The notes below the pieces were generated by a model. It did not search any database, had not been told where the DNA came from, and saw nothing but the letters and a program-made list of their open reading frames with translations. A stretch of 64,000 bases of DNA from Alphaproteobacteria bacterium (GTDB lineage Bacteria > Pseudomonadota > Alphaproteobacteria > MPNO01 > UBA830). Location: contig OZ251539.1 of assembly GCA_965243135.1 (NCBI GenBank), positions 4,704,001 through 4,768,000 on the forward strand. The letters are read 5' to 3'. A program made the translations under genes and the position numbers. Shown in pieces: positions 10,107-19,554 of this stretch (positions are counted from its first letter, which is position 1; each line of letters starts with the position of its first letter).

Positions 10107-11309
10107 ATGGCGGCCGCTGCAGCGGTCGTGCTCGCCGCCTGCGAGCATACGCCCTCCCCTGCCGCGGGCAAGGCGGAGGTTCGTCCGGCGACGGTTGCAC
10201 CGACGTTGCGCGCCGCGCCTCCGGCGGAGGTTGTCCGCGAGACGCCCGAAGCCGCCATCGCGCCGGAAGCGCCGCAGTCCGTCGCCGTTCGGCGGAACCG
10301 GGTCGCGCTGCTGCTGCCGTTGAGCGGTCCGCACGCCGCCCTTGGGCAGGCGCTCCTGGACGCGGCGCTTCTCGCGCAGTTCGACGCGGCAGCGGACGAC
10401 TTCGTTCTGATGCCGTTCGATACCGCCCCTGGAGGGCGAGCGGCGGCGGCCCGCGCAGTGGAGGCGGGCGCCGGGCTGGTCGTCGGCCCCGTGTTCTCGG
10501 AAGCGGTGTCGCAGGCCGCCGGGATCACGCGCGAGGCGGGCCTGGACATGCTGGCGTTCTCGAACGACAGCACGGTAGCGGGACCGGGAGTGTTTCTTTC
10601 CGGCCTGTCGCCGGAGGCCCAGATTTCCCGGATCGCCGGTTACGCGGTCGGCAAGGGGTTTCGGCGGTTTGCGGCGTTGCTTCCGTCAGGTCCGCTCGGC
10701 GTTCGCGCTCGCGCCGCACTTCAAACGGCGCTTGCGCCGCTGGGCGGGGCCGAAATTCGTTATTTCGGCCAAGGCGCGGGAAGCATCGGAGCGGCGGTTC
10801 GTGCCGTGGCTAGATATTTCCGGCCGAACGGGACCGGCGCGAAAGGGGAGAATGCGCTTCTTCTCGCCGCAAGCGGCAGCGAGCTTACCGATGTCGCGGC
10901 CCAACTGGCTGCATTCAATATCGGCGGCTCCCGCGTTCAAATTCTCGGGTTGGCGAGCTGGCGCGCGCCCGGCATCGGCCGGGAGCCGGCGCTCGCGGGC
11001 GCGTGGTTCGCTTCCATGCCCGAGGATCGCGCCGCCGAGTTCAGACGCGCGTTCGGCGACGTCTACGGCGCGCCGCCCCATGCGCTCGGAACCGTGGTCT
11101 ACGATATGGTTGCGCTGGCGGCGGTTCTGGCGTCTTCCGGGAGCGGACCCACGCGCGCCGCCTTGACCGCGGAAAGCGGGTTTTCGGGCGTCGGCGGGAT
11201 TTTTCGTTTTTTGCCGAACGGCTTGTCGAAACGCGTTCTCGAAGTGCGGGAAGTTCGGCCCGGAGGCACGAAACTTCTTGAAGGAAGCCCGGGAAGCCTT
11301 CTCAACTGA
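10107..11309 (+). CDS. Penicillin-binding protein activator LpoA/LppC-like lipoprotein
   Basis: Lipobox LAAC, RVALLLPLSG, GFSGVGGIFRF; divergent from rsmI as usual. Confidence 0.8.
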   Translation: MAAAAAVVLAACEHTPSPAAGKAEVRPATVAPTLRAAPPAEVVRETPEAAIAPEAPQSVAVRRNRVALLLPLSGPHAALGQALLDAALLAQFDAAADDFVLMPFDTAPGGRAAAARAVEAGAGLVVGPVFSEAVSQAAGITREAGLDMLAFSNDSTVAGPGVFLSGLSPEAQISRIAGYAVGKGFRRFAALLPSGPLGVRARAALQTALAPLGGAEIRYFGQGAGSIGAAVRAVARYFRPNGTGAKGENALLLAASGSELTDVAAQLAAFNIGGSRVQILGLASWRAPGIGREPALAGAWFASMPEDRAAEFRRAFGDVYGAPPHALGTVVYDMVALAAVLASSGSGPTRAALTAESGFSGVGGIFRFLPNGLSKRVLEVREVRPGGTKLLEGSPGSLLN

Positions 11310-12483
11310 CTTCGGGAAGCGGCGTCAGGGCGGCGATCAGGGCGTTCAGCCGGAGCCGGCCGGCCCTGCGCGCCCTCAAACCCCGGCCGTCGAGGCGAAG
11401 CAGGCCCTCGCGCGCGAGGGCGGAAACCTTGTCCATGTCGAGGAGTTCCTCGGGTTCCCGTCCGCCGGCCCGGCGAAACGCCTCGCGATCGATGCCGGAA
11501 ACCAGCCTGAGTCCGGTAATCAGAAGTTCCTCGACCCGTTCCGTCCTGTTCAGGGGAACGGCGTTGCGGGTGCCGTGGCCGTTTCGCCGCACGGCGTCGA
11601 GCCACGCCGACGGCTCCGGAATCTGATCCGTCGCGCAGCGGCGTCCTGCGATGCGCACCCGGCCATGGGCGCCCGGTCCGATGCCGATGTAGTCTTCTCC
11701 CCTCCAGCAGGCGAGATTGTGCCGGCACTCGCCTCCAGGACCTGCGTGATTGGAAATCTCGTAGGCCGGGTATCCGGCCTTGCGGGTTTCCGAGTCGGCG
11801 ATCTCCAATAGTTCGACTGCGAGGTCGTCGTCCGGAAGCGAAAACGTTCCGCGACGGCGGGCCGCGAAGAACGGCGTGCCCTTTTCGACGGTCAGTTGAT
11901 AGAGCGACAGATGGTCGCCGGCGAGAGCCAAGGCGTCCTGCAATTGCCGGCGCCATTCCGTCGGTCGGTGGCCGGGAAGGGCGTAGATCATGTCGAAGGA
12001 ATAGCGGTCGAACTCTTTCGCCGCGAGTTCGACGGCGCGTCTGGCGTCCGCGCCGTCATGCATCCGGCCGAGAAACCGGAGCGCATCGTCGTCGAAGGAT
12101 TGCGCGCCGACCGACACGCGGTTGATTCCGGCGGTACGGAAGCCGCCGAACTTTCCGGCTTCCGCTGACGACGGGTTGGCTTCCAGCGTCGCCTCGAGAT
12201 CGGGGGACAGCGACCAGTTGCGCGCGGCCGCGTCCAGGATCGCGCCGGCGGTTTGCGGCGGCATCAGCGACGGCGTGCCGCCTCCGAAGAACACGGTGTT
12301 CAGAGCGCGGTATTCGGTCGCCGCCGCGTAGTGGTCGAGTTCGGAAATCAGCGCGTCGCGCCATGCCCGTTCGTCGATGCGGTCGGCGACATGGCTGTTG
12401 AAATCGCAGTAGGGGCATTTCGAGACGCAGAACGGCCAGTGGACGTAGAGACCGGCTCGGTCGGCGGTCGCGGCCTCCGTCAC
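11302..12483 (-). CDS. hemW: Radical SAM heme chaperone HemW
   Basis: [39 protein letters not shown]; rph-rdgB-hemW order. Confidence 0.92.
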   Translation of the reverse strand: MTEAATADRAGLYVHWPFCVSKCPYCDFNSHVADRIDERAWRDALISELDHYAAATEYRALNTVFFGGGTPSLMPPQTAGAILDAAARNWSLSPDLEATLEANPSSAEAGKFGGFRTAGINRVSVGAQSFDDDALRFLGRMHDGADARRAVELAAKEFDRYSFDMIYALPGHRPTEWRRQLQDALALAGDHLSLYQLTVEKGTPFFAARRRGTFSLPDDDLAVELLEIADSETRKAGYPAYEISNHAGPGGECRHNLACWRGEDYIGIGPGAHGRVRIAGRRCATDQIPEPSAWLDAVRRNGHGTRNAVPLNRTERVEELLITGLRLVSGIDREAFRRAGGREPEELLDMDKVSALAREGLLRLDGRGLRARRAGRLRLNALIAALTPLPEVS

Positions 12484-13085
12484 GGCCGCGGCGGCAGGCA
12501 GGCCGCGACCAGTTTGCGAAACGCGCGCGCGCGGTGGCTCTTCGCGTGTTTCTCGGCGGGATCGATTTCGCCGAACGTCAGCGCGTCGCCGTCGGCGACG
12601 AACATGGGATCGTAGCCGAAGCCGCAGTTGCCGCGCGGCGGCCAGATCAGGGCGCCGGAAACGCAGCCTTCGAACGTCTCGGCGTGTCCGTCCGGCCATG
12701 TCAGAGCCAGGGCGCAGACGAAGCGCGCTCGCCGGTCCGGGGACGTTCCGAGAGCGTCGTTCACGCGGGCCATGGCGGCGGCGAAATCGCGTTCCGGTCC
12801 GGCCCACCGGGCGGATCGGATGCCGGGTTCCCCGCCGAGGGCCGCAACCTCGAGGCCGGAATCGTCGGCCAAGGCCGGAAGCTTCGCGGCGCTGGTTGCC
12901 GCATGGGCTTTCAGAAGCGCATTCGCGACGAAAGTCTCGCCGGTTTCTTCGGGTTCCGGCAGCTGGAGCGCGGTTGCCGAAACCGCCGTCAACGACCAGG
13001 GGGAAAGCAGCGTTCCGATTTCCCGCACCTTGCCGGGGTTGTGGCTGGCGACCGCCAGGCGTTCGTCGGCGAGGCGCCTCGCCAT
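12480..13085 (-). CDS. rdgB: dITP/XTP pyrophosphatase
   Basis: [30 protein letters not shown]. Confidence 0.95.
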   Translation of the reverse strand: MARRLADERLAVASHNPGKVREIGTLLSPWSLTAVSATALQLPEPEETGETFVANALLKAHAATSAAKLPALADDSGLEVAALGGEPGIRSARWAGPERDFAAAMARVNDALGTSPDRRARFVCALALTWPDGHAETFEGCVSGALIWPPRGNCGFGYDPMFVADGDALTFGEIDPAEKHAKSHRARAFRKLVAACLPPRP

Positions 13086-13792
13086 CAGAGGTCGGCGAGA
13101 GCCATGCGCTGGAGCGTGGTCAGTTCGCCAGCCCCTTTCTTGGCGAGCTCCAGGAGCCGGAGGAACGCTTCCTCGCTGAACGGGCTTTTCTCGGCGGTTC
13201 CCTGAATCTCCACCAGATCGCCGTCGCCGGTAAGCACGAAGTTCGCGTCCGCCTGGGCATCCGAGTCCTCTGCGTAGTCGAGATCGAGAACCGCCTCGCC
13301 CTCGAAGATTCCGCAGGAAACGGCGGCGACGGACCCCCGGATCGGATTGATTTCGCGGCGAAGGGTCGCGACGGCGATCTTGAGCGCCACCCAGGCGCCG
13401 GTGATCGCCGCGGTCCGCGTGCCTCCGTCCGCCTGGATCACGTCGCAGTCCAGCCGAATCTGCCGTTCGCCGAGAGCCTTGAGATCCGTAACCGCCCGGA
13501 GAGACCGGCCGATCAGGCGTTGTATTTCCTGCGTCCGGCCCGACTGTCGACCGCGCGCGGCTTCACGGTCGGTGCGCTGGTGAGTGGACCTCGGCAGCAT
13601 GCCGTATTCGGCGGTGATCCATCCGGCGCCGGTGTTGCGAAGAAACGGCGGGACGCGATCCTCGACGGTCGCGTTGCACAGTACTTGGGTATTGCCGAAA
13701 CGCACGTAGCACGATCCTTCGGCGTAGGGCGAAAAGCCGGTCTCGAGCTTGACGCTTCGCATCTGATCGGGCGCGCGGCCGGACGGGCGCAT
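13085..13792 (-). CDS. rph: Ribonuclease PH
   Basis: [41 protein letters not shown]. Confidence 0.97.
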   Translation of the reverse strand: MRPSGRAPDQMRSVKLETGFSPYAEGSCYVRFGNTQVLCNATVEDRVPPFLRNTGAGWITAEYGMLPRSTHQRTDREAARGRQSGRTQEIQRLIGRSLRAVTDLKALGERQIRLDCDVIQADGGTRTAAITGAWVALKIAVATLRREINPIRGSVAAVSCGIFEGEAVLDLDYAEDSDAQADANFVLTGDGDLVEIQGTAEKSPFSEEAFLRLLELAKKGAGELTTLQRMALADL

Positions 13793-14114
13793 GTAAAATT
13801 CTCCCTTGTCCGTTTCCCGGGCAGGCTATCGGAGACGGAGGCACCGGTAAAGACGCCGGACCAGCCCGTTTCGAGCCGCGTGCGCTGTTCGTAACGTCTT
13901 GAAATGCAGACAGCTTTCCGGGGTGCGGAATTTTTTCCTCGGGTACGGAAAACTGCGAATTCTCCGCGCCGAGATTTTCGCGGATTCCACCCCACGGCCG
14001 GCCGGACGCCGCCGCCCTGCGGCAAACGGCCGCACCGGGCAAAAAAATCTGGCCAAAGGGGTTCGCCACGGGTAGTGTTGTCAGCATCTCAACCCACAAC
14101 ACTGTGAGGTACCC

Positions 14115-15545
14115 GTGGCGACAGAACATTCTTTTCCTGGACCGATGTCGACAGGCTGCCCGACCTCCGGCGTCTGGCGCTGGTCCTCGAAGCGCTGCCG
14201 GACGGGCCGCTGCTGGCGCGGCTCAAGGAGCAGCGCGGGCGCGGGCGCGACGACTATCCGGTTCGCGTGGCGCGCGACGGTCGCGGGCATCGTGCTTCAG
14301 CACGAGTCCATCGAGTCGCTGATTCGAGAACTCAACCGCAACCCGGCGCTTCTGACGCTGTGCGGCTTCAACCCGCTCGACTACCAGGGCAAGCCGAAGG
14401 TCAAGGCCGACGACGACGGCAAGCCGCGGACGACGTCTCCGAAACCTCGCAGCGCGGTTCCCGGGAGCCACAACTTCTCCCGGTTCCTGAGCGCCCTCAT
14501 CAAGCTTGAGAGCAAGGATCCCTGGGTCGGCGGCATGGTCCAAGAGTTGCGGGAGCAGCTGACGGCGGAGTTGCCGGACTTCGGCGAGCACCTCGGCTAC
14601 GACGGCAAGGCAGTGGACAGCCACTCGACGGGGCAGGTCAGCCGCAAGACCGGCAAGACTTCCGACCCGGACGCCAACTGGGGGAAGCACGAGACCGTCG
14701 GCATAGACGGGAGGACCGGCAACCTCTGGACGAAGGTGAAGTCGTGGTTCGGGTTCGGGCTGCACGCCGACACCAAGTACGAGATCCCGGTGGCTTTCAG
14801 CGTTACCCAGGCATCGAGGGCCGAGACCAGGGAACTGGACGCGATGTTGGACAGGCTGTTCGGGGAAACGCCGCTGCTGGCCGGGCGCTGCAAGGACTTC
14901 AGCGCGGACCGGGGGCTCGACAGCGGACCGCTCAAGGCGAAGCTGTGGGACGAGTTCGGCCCCGTTGACGCGCCTGTTGTGGCGGGAAGAGAAGAAAGAC
15001 CCCGACTACGACCCCGACAAGCCCCCGTCCGCTCTTCGACGACAACATCTACCATACCGAGAGGGGCGAGGTGCTGTGCAAATGTCCCGAAACCAACGTC
15101 CAGCGGCACATGGCGTTCCAGGGCTTCGAGGCCAACCGCGGGGCGTGCGGCACCCTCAAGTACCGTTGCCCGGCGGCGGCCTTCGGCTTCGAATGTGCAG
15201 GTCGCAAGGAATGCCACCGGGCCGCCGAGTGCCAGGCCGGCGAGTACGGTCGCATCGTCCGCGTCGACCTGGAGAAGCATGACAGGCGGATGTTCACGCC
15301 GGTCCCCTGGGGCAGCCCCTCCTGGAAGCGCGGACCGCCGCTCCGCCATGGAGCGAATCTACAGCCGGGTCGACAATGCTTACCGCATGGAGAAGCACTA
15401 TGTCCGCGGCCTGCGGCAAATGCGCCTGCGGCTCGGCCTCGTGACAGTGGTCATGATGGCGACAGCGCTCGGGCACCTGCGGGCGGAACGCCAGGAGCGC
15501 ATGCGGTCGCTGGTCGCTCCGGTCGGGCTGCGCGACACGGGATGA
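14115..15545 (+). mobile_element. Frameshifted DDE transposase (IS4/IS5/IS1182-like clan); element ends not defined
   Basis: Across frames: GRGRDDYPVR, LIRELNRNPALLTLCGF, GYDGKAVDSH, KSWFGFGLH, SADRGLDS, KYRCPA, RSAMERIYSRVD; several frameshifts. Confidence 0.8.
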
Positions 15546-15978
15546 CCGCCGCGGTCGTCTGACCGCCCCCCCGGCCCCGCAACTGACCGCCTGCGTTCAG
15601 GCCACGGCCCGGCTCGCCCCGGGTTTGCGGCGCGGCGGCGCGGCAACCTGGTATTCGCTTTTTGTTCTGGAGTCTGAGCGTCCGCGAGGCCCTTGCGGGC
15701 CGCCGGCGGGCGGGCGGAGCGGCTCGCGGGGCGTCGGCCGGGCGGCGGACCGACAAAAAAATGGCACAGCGCAAGCGGCTCGTTTCCAGGTTCCCGATAT
15801 CGCGAGTGCATGCTATCTTTATGGATGAAAACAGGAAGAATTACTATGAAATACTTTGAAACAGAAAGATTTATTTGAGAATCATCGTAAAATCGAAAAT
15901 AAATCGTCCGTGGAACCTTGATTTGGTTTGTGCTAACGTAAACGATAGAATTGCTGTCACGGATGCGGAGAAGGCGAT

Positions 15979-17187
15979 ATGGATGCCGCATATCCGGCGA
16001 CCGTCAACGACGCCCAGTGCGTCCATTCTCGCCGGCATGCTTCAACGGTGGTCGACACGGTGCTGCTCAAGGTTGCGAGCCGGTGCAATCTCGATTGCAG
16101 TTATTGCTACGTCTATCGCATGGGCGACGACGCTTGGCGCAGCCAGCCCAAACGCATGTCGGAGGCCGTTCAACATGCGGCCGTTCGACAGCTGGCGAGT
16201 TTGTATTCCCGACAGCAACATCCGCTCAGCGTTGTGCTGCATGGCGGCGAGCCGCTGCTCATTGGAGCAAGTCGTCTTCGGGACCTTTGCGGGCAACTCC
16301 GCTCCGCCCTTCCCGCTCCGTGCGGAATTCATGTCCAAACGAATGGAATTCTTCTTGCGGACGACGTGATCGATATCTTCGTTGAATACGGCGTCGGAGT
16401 ATCGATCAGCATCGACGGCCCATCGGAGGTCCACGACCGATTTCGCCTTGATCACCAAGGAGGCGGATCACATGAACGCGTCCGGCGCGGAATTTCCCGG
16501 CTGACTGCGCGAACGGACGCGCGTCCCTTGTTTGCCGGAGTTCTGGCGGTGATCGACCCCGCGAGCTGTCCCGACTCCGTTTATCGCTCGCTCAAGGCGA
16601 CTGGCGCTCCGAGCATCGATTTTCTGGTTCGCGACGGAAATCATGCGTGCCTGCCGCCCGGGAAGGAACGCGTCGATTCGACGGAGTTCGGGCGCTGGAT
16701 GGCCAGCCTGCTCGATATCTACCTGAGCGATCCAAACCCGCCGCGAGTACGCATCCTTGACGATATGCTTCGCCTGATTCTCGGAGGAAAGTCGCAGAAG
16801 GAGGGCGTAGGCGTTGCCGATTACGGCATTCTCGTGATCGATACCGACGGCCGGATCAACAAGAACGATACGTTAAAAGCGGCCGGCAGAGCCGCCGACC
16901 GTTTTGAACGGGAGCCATGGTCGATACTGTCCGACAGTCTGCTCGACATCGTTCGCCATCCGGTCTATGCAGACTACTATCGCCAGCAGCGGCCGATGGC
17001 CCCTGCCTGTCTCGCGTGTCCCGAACTCGGCGTTTGCGGCGGCGGAATGGTCGCGCATCGATGGAGCGGGGAGCGGGGCTTCGACAACCCGACGGTGTTC
17101 TGCGCCGATCAATTGCTGCTGATCGGGCGCATGCGGGAGCGGGTCGCGCAATTTCTGGGCCCGTTCAAGCGGCGGGAAGCCGCATGA
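15979..17187 (+). CDS. yhhB: Cyclophane-forming radical SAM/SPASM peptide maturase (triceptide, YhhB/FxsB-like)
   Basis: KVASRCNLDCSYCYVY (CxxxCxxC), LHGGEPLL, SPASM cysteines CLACPELGVCGGG...NPTVFCAD; precursor directly downstream. Confidence 0.85.
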   Translation: MDAAYPATVNDAQCVHSRRHASTVVDTVLLKVASRCNLDCSYCYVYRMGDDAWRSQPKRMSEAVQHAAVRQLASLYSRQQHPLSVVLHGGEPLLIGASRLRDLCGQLRSALPAPCGIHVQTNGILLADDVIDIFVEYGVGVSISIDGPSEVHDRFRLDHQGGGSHERVRRGISRLTARTDARPLFAGVLAVIDPASCPDSVYRSLKATGAPSIDFLVRDGNHACLPPGKERVDSTEFGRWMASLLDIYLSDPNPPRVRILDDMLRLILGGKSQKEGVGVADYGILVIDTDGRINKNDTLKAAGRAADRFEREPWSILSDSLLDIVRHPVYADYYRQQRPMAPACLACPELGVCGGGMVAHRWSGERGFDNPTVFCADQLLLIGRMRERVAQFLGPFKRREAA

Positions 17188-17207
17188 ACAACGAAAAGGA
17201 GCATCCA

Positions 17208-17366
17208 ATGGCTGACAAGCGCGAGGAGGTTCGACCGGATCTGGACATCGAACCAACGAGCATCGACAGCGCCGCTTTGGCTCGACTTGTCGAGGAGGTG
17301 CGGAACAAGGGCGAAACCGTCTCGTCGGTCGCCTATAACCGCACGTACCATCGTCATAACAGGTGA
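17208..17366 (+). CDS. yhhA: RiPP precursor peptide, 52 aa (YhhA-like): MADKREEVRPDLDIEPTSIDSAALARLVEEVRNKGETVSSVAYNRTYHRHNR
   Basis: AAGGAG SD before ATG 17208 (alternative ATG 17184); leader SAALARLVEEV and core with three aromatic-X-X motifs YNR, YHR, HNR. Confidence 0.88.
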   Translation: MADKREEVRPDLDIEPTSIDSAALARLVEEVRNKGETVSSVAYNRTYHRHNR

Positions 17367-17968
17367 CTTGCGCGCTCTTGCGCGAAGACGCGGAAGTGGA
17401 GTTCCACGCCACTCCTTTCCGCTACTTCCTCGCGCGGCATTGCTTCTCGCCGGACCTTGAACCGACGCTTCTCGAATGGTTCGAATCCAGTGCGCCGTGG
17501 CGACTGGTGGAAACCGATTTCTACGAGCAGTACGAGTTCAGCATGTTCGACGCCGCTCTTCCGGAGAACGTTTCCCGGTTGACGGCACCGGAAGGTCTTG
17601 CGGCGTTTCGCTCCGCAATGGGCGCGCTTTTCGACGTCGAATTGGATGATCGGGTCGATCTGGTGGCGCACAGGCTGATGCCCGGACAGCGAATCGCGCT
17701 CCATAACGATTATCTGACCGGACAGGAAACGCATCGTCTCACCGTTCAGCTGAACCGGGGCCTGCGCGACGAGGACGGCGGTTTTTTCATGTTGTTCAAC
17801 AGCGCGGATCCTAACGACGTTGATCGGATCGTCCGTCCGGTCAGCGGAAGCGCGATCGGTTTCGAGATCGGCGAGAATTCCAACCATGCCGTTTCCCTCC
17901 TGCACGGCGGAGAACGCTATACGTTGGTCTACTCGTTCCGTTCCAGGCCCGTTGGTAAGCGAACCTAG
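17363..17968 (+). CDS. yhhC: 2OG-Fe(II) oxygenase RiPP tailoring enzyme (YhhC-like)
   Basis: HxD (IALHND), distal His (SNHAVS), 2OG-binding Arg (ERYTLVYSF); GTGA-coupled to precursor. Confidence 0.82.
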   Translation: MTCALLREDAEVEFHATPFRYFLARHCFSPDLEPTLLEWFESSAPWRLVETDFYEQYEFSMFDAALPENVSRLTAPEGLAAFRSAMGALFDVELDDRVDLVAHRLMPGQRIALHNDYLTGQETHRLTVQLNRGLRDEDGGFFMLFNSADPNDVDRIVRPVSGSAIGFEIGENSNHAVSLLHGGERYTLVYSFRSRPVGKRT

Positions 17969-18815
17969 GCAAGCGCTTATGGAGGCGCTGGCTCGTCCGA
18001 CCGAGCCGTGGTTCCCGGGGTTGGCTCGTCCGCTAACCGAAGCTGCTTGGCGAGAATGCAAGCATCGCGGCTTCGATTCCGCAAACTACGGAACGCATCG
18101 CTGGCTGTGCAACGATCCAAAAGCCATGCGCATGGAGGCAGCTGCGCTCAATATTGCTTTCGAGTGCAGGATCGAAAAATTGCCCGCGTCGACCCGCGCT
18201 AGGTACGAAGACTGCGGCTTGACCTTCTCGGAATCTACGTCGGCGGCCGATGTCGCTGCCGTTCGATCTGCGTTGTCTTTCATCGCTCTGCTTCCGAGCT
18301 TGCGGGAGACGATCTCGGCGTATTTGCGGGCTCTGCATATTCTCAAAGCGCCCGGTTCGGATTTCGACGTCAGTCACAGCGATCCGGAGGCGCCATTTTC
18401 GGTTTTCGTGTCGATTCCCCCTTCGTGTCCTGAGGCAGAACTGCGCCTTGCCGAATCCATAGTTCATGAATGTATGCATCTCCAGCTGACGATGATCGAA
18501 GCCGTCACACCGCTTGTTCGAGACTGCTATATCCAAGCTTATTCTCCATGGACCCAAACGACACGGCCACTTGGCGGGATATTGCACGGACTGTATGTGG
18601 TATCCGTGATATACTTCTGGTTCCTGTCCGGTCATGAAAATATAACATCGACTAAGAAAAAATTTGTTCATCAGCGCATGCGCACCATAGAGCGAGAAAT
18701 GAGAGAAACTTCATGGCTCGCCATATCGGAAGGATTAACCGACGCTGGGAAAGCCTTGGTTAGACAGGTTTTGCAACATCAAAAATATTTCATTAACTTT
18801 ATAGATAGTCAATAG
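17952..18815 (+). CDS. HExxH-motif peptide modification enzyme (alpha-KG-HExxH beta-hydroxylase-like)
   Basis: DVSHSDPEAPFSVFVS...LAESIVHECMHLQL...YSPW...RPLGGILHGLYV; start uncertain (17952 or 17979). Confidence 0.82.
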   Translation: MVSEPRQALMEALARPTEPWFPGLARPLTEAAWRECKHRGFDSANYGTHRWLCNDPKAMRMEAAALNIAFECRIEKLPASTRARYEDCGLTFSESTSAADVAAVRSALSFIALLPSLRETISAYLRALHILKAPGSDFDVSHSDPEAPFSVFVSIPPSCPEAELRLAESIVHECMHLQLTMIEAVTPLVRDCYIQAYSPWTQTTRPLGGILHGLYVVSVIYFWFLSGHENITSTKKKFVHQRMRTIEREMRETSWLAISEGLTDAGKALVRQVLQHQKYFINFIDSQ

Positions 18816-19554
18816 TCATAGCACTAAATTCCGCTGTTTGTTCTCTGTATGAAACTAGTTTGTTAACAGCTTTCTCTCGATCTTCTATGTCGTTTGGATC
18901 CGTGCTTCCGTCGAGCGCAAGAGCAATTATCTGTAACGTTTCCAAGATATCCAAATGCTTCAAACGTTGGTCTTTCAGAGCGGGCCGATTAAGATCTACA
19001 ACATCGATTGTCTTTCTTCCAATTTCCGTAACTCCAACAGCGACATTTTCAAAATATACGATGTGATTTCGTGGATCCTCAATACCACCAGGGTCGAGAA
19101 GCAATGGTTGTTCAATATCCACAGGGTCAATGTGTGAACAGGCCCTTTGAGCGTGATTTTTCAACGGAAATAGCTCTCTTTTTGAACTTCTGTTGCAATG
19201 TTCGCAAGAATAATATAAATTTTTCCAGCAGTATGCTAGCCAGTAATATCCCGGGTAGATTCGTGATCCCGTCTCGCTTTGTTTTACCGCCCCTTTGGGC
19301 CGATAATGCTCAATGTCGCCAGACGAAAAAGCTTCAAACTTTCCCTCACAATAGCAACATTTTCCGTGTTGATCTTTTCGTAGGGTTCGTTTTACAGTAT
19401 TATGAGAATATATTCCTCTATCGAAGTCAAAGGTTTTTTCACCAGTTAAATAGATCTCTCGATTTTCCTCAAATAGTCGGCAAAGTTCCATACGGCGTTC
19501 CATTCCGGACGTCGTGAGAATTATAGGAGAAGGCGATTTATTGACCCGGATCAT
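18799..19554 (-). CDS. HNH endonuclease (PtuB/TIGR02646-like)
   Basis: QHGKCCYCE, DIEHYRPKG, YWLAYCWKNLYYSCEHCN, PLLLDP. Confidence 0.85.
   Translation of the reverse strand: MIRVNKSPSPIILTTSGMERRMELCRLFEENREIYLTGEKTFDFDRGIYSHNTVKRTLRKDQHGKCCYCEGKFEAFSSGDIEHYRPKGAVKQSETGSRIYPGYYWLAYCWKNLYYSCEHCNRSSKRELFPLKNHAQRACSHIDPVDIEQPLLLDPGGIEDPRNHIVYFENVAVGVTEIGRKTIDVVDLNRPALKDQRLKHLDILETLQIIALALDGSTDPNDIEDREKAVNKLVSYREQTAEFSAMTIDYL

Noticed and set aside
11302-12483. HemW radical SAM as part of the RiPP pathway
   Set aside because: Housekeeping gene in its conserved rph-rdgB-hemW operon, outside the island.
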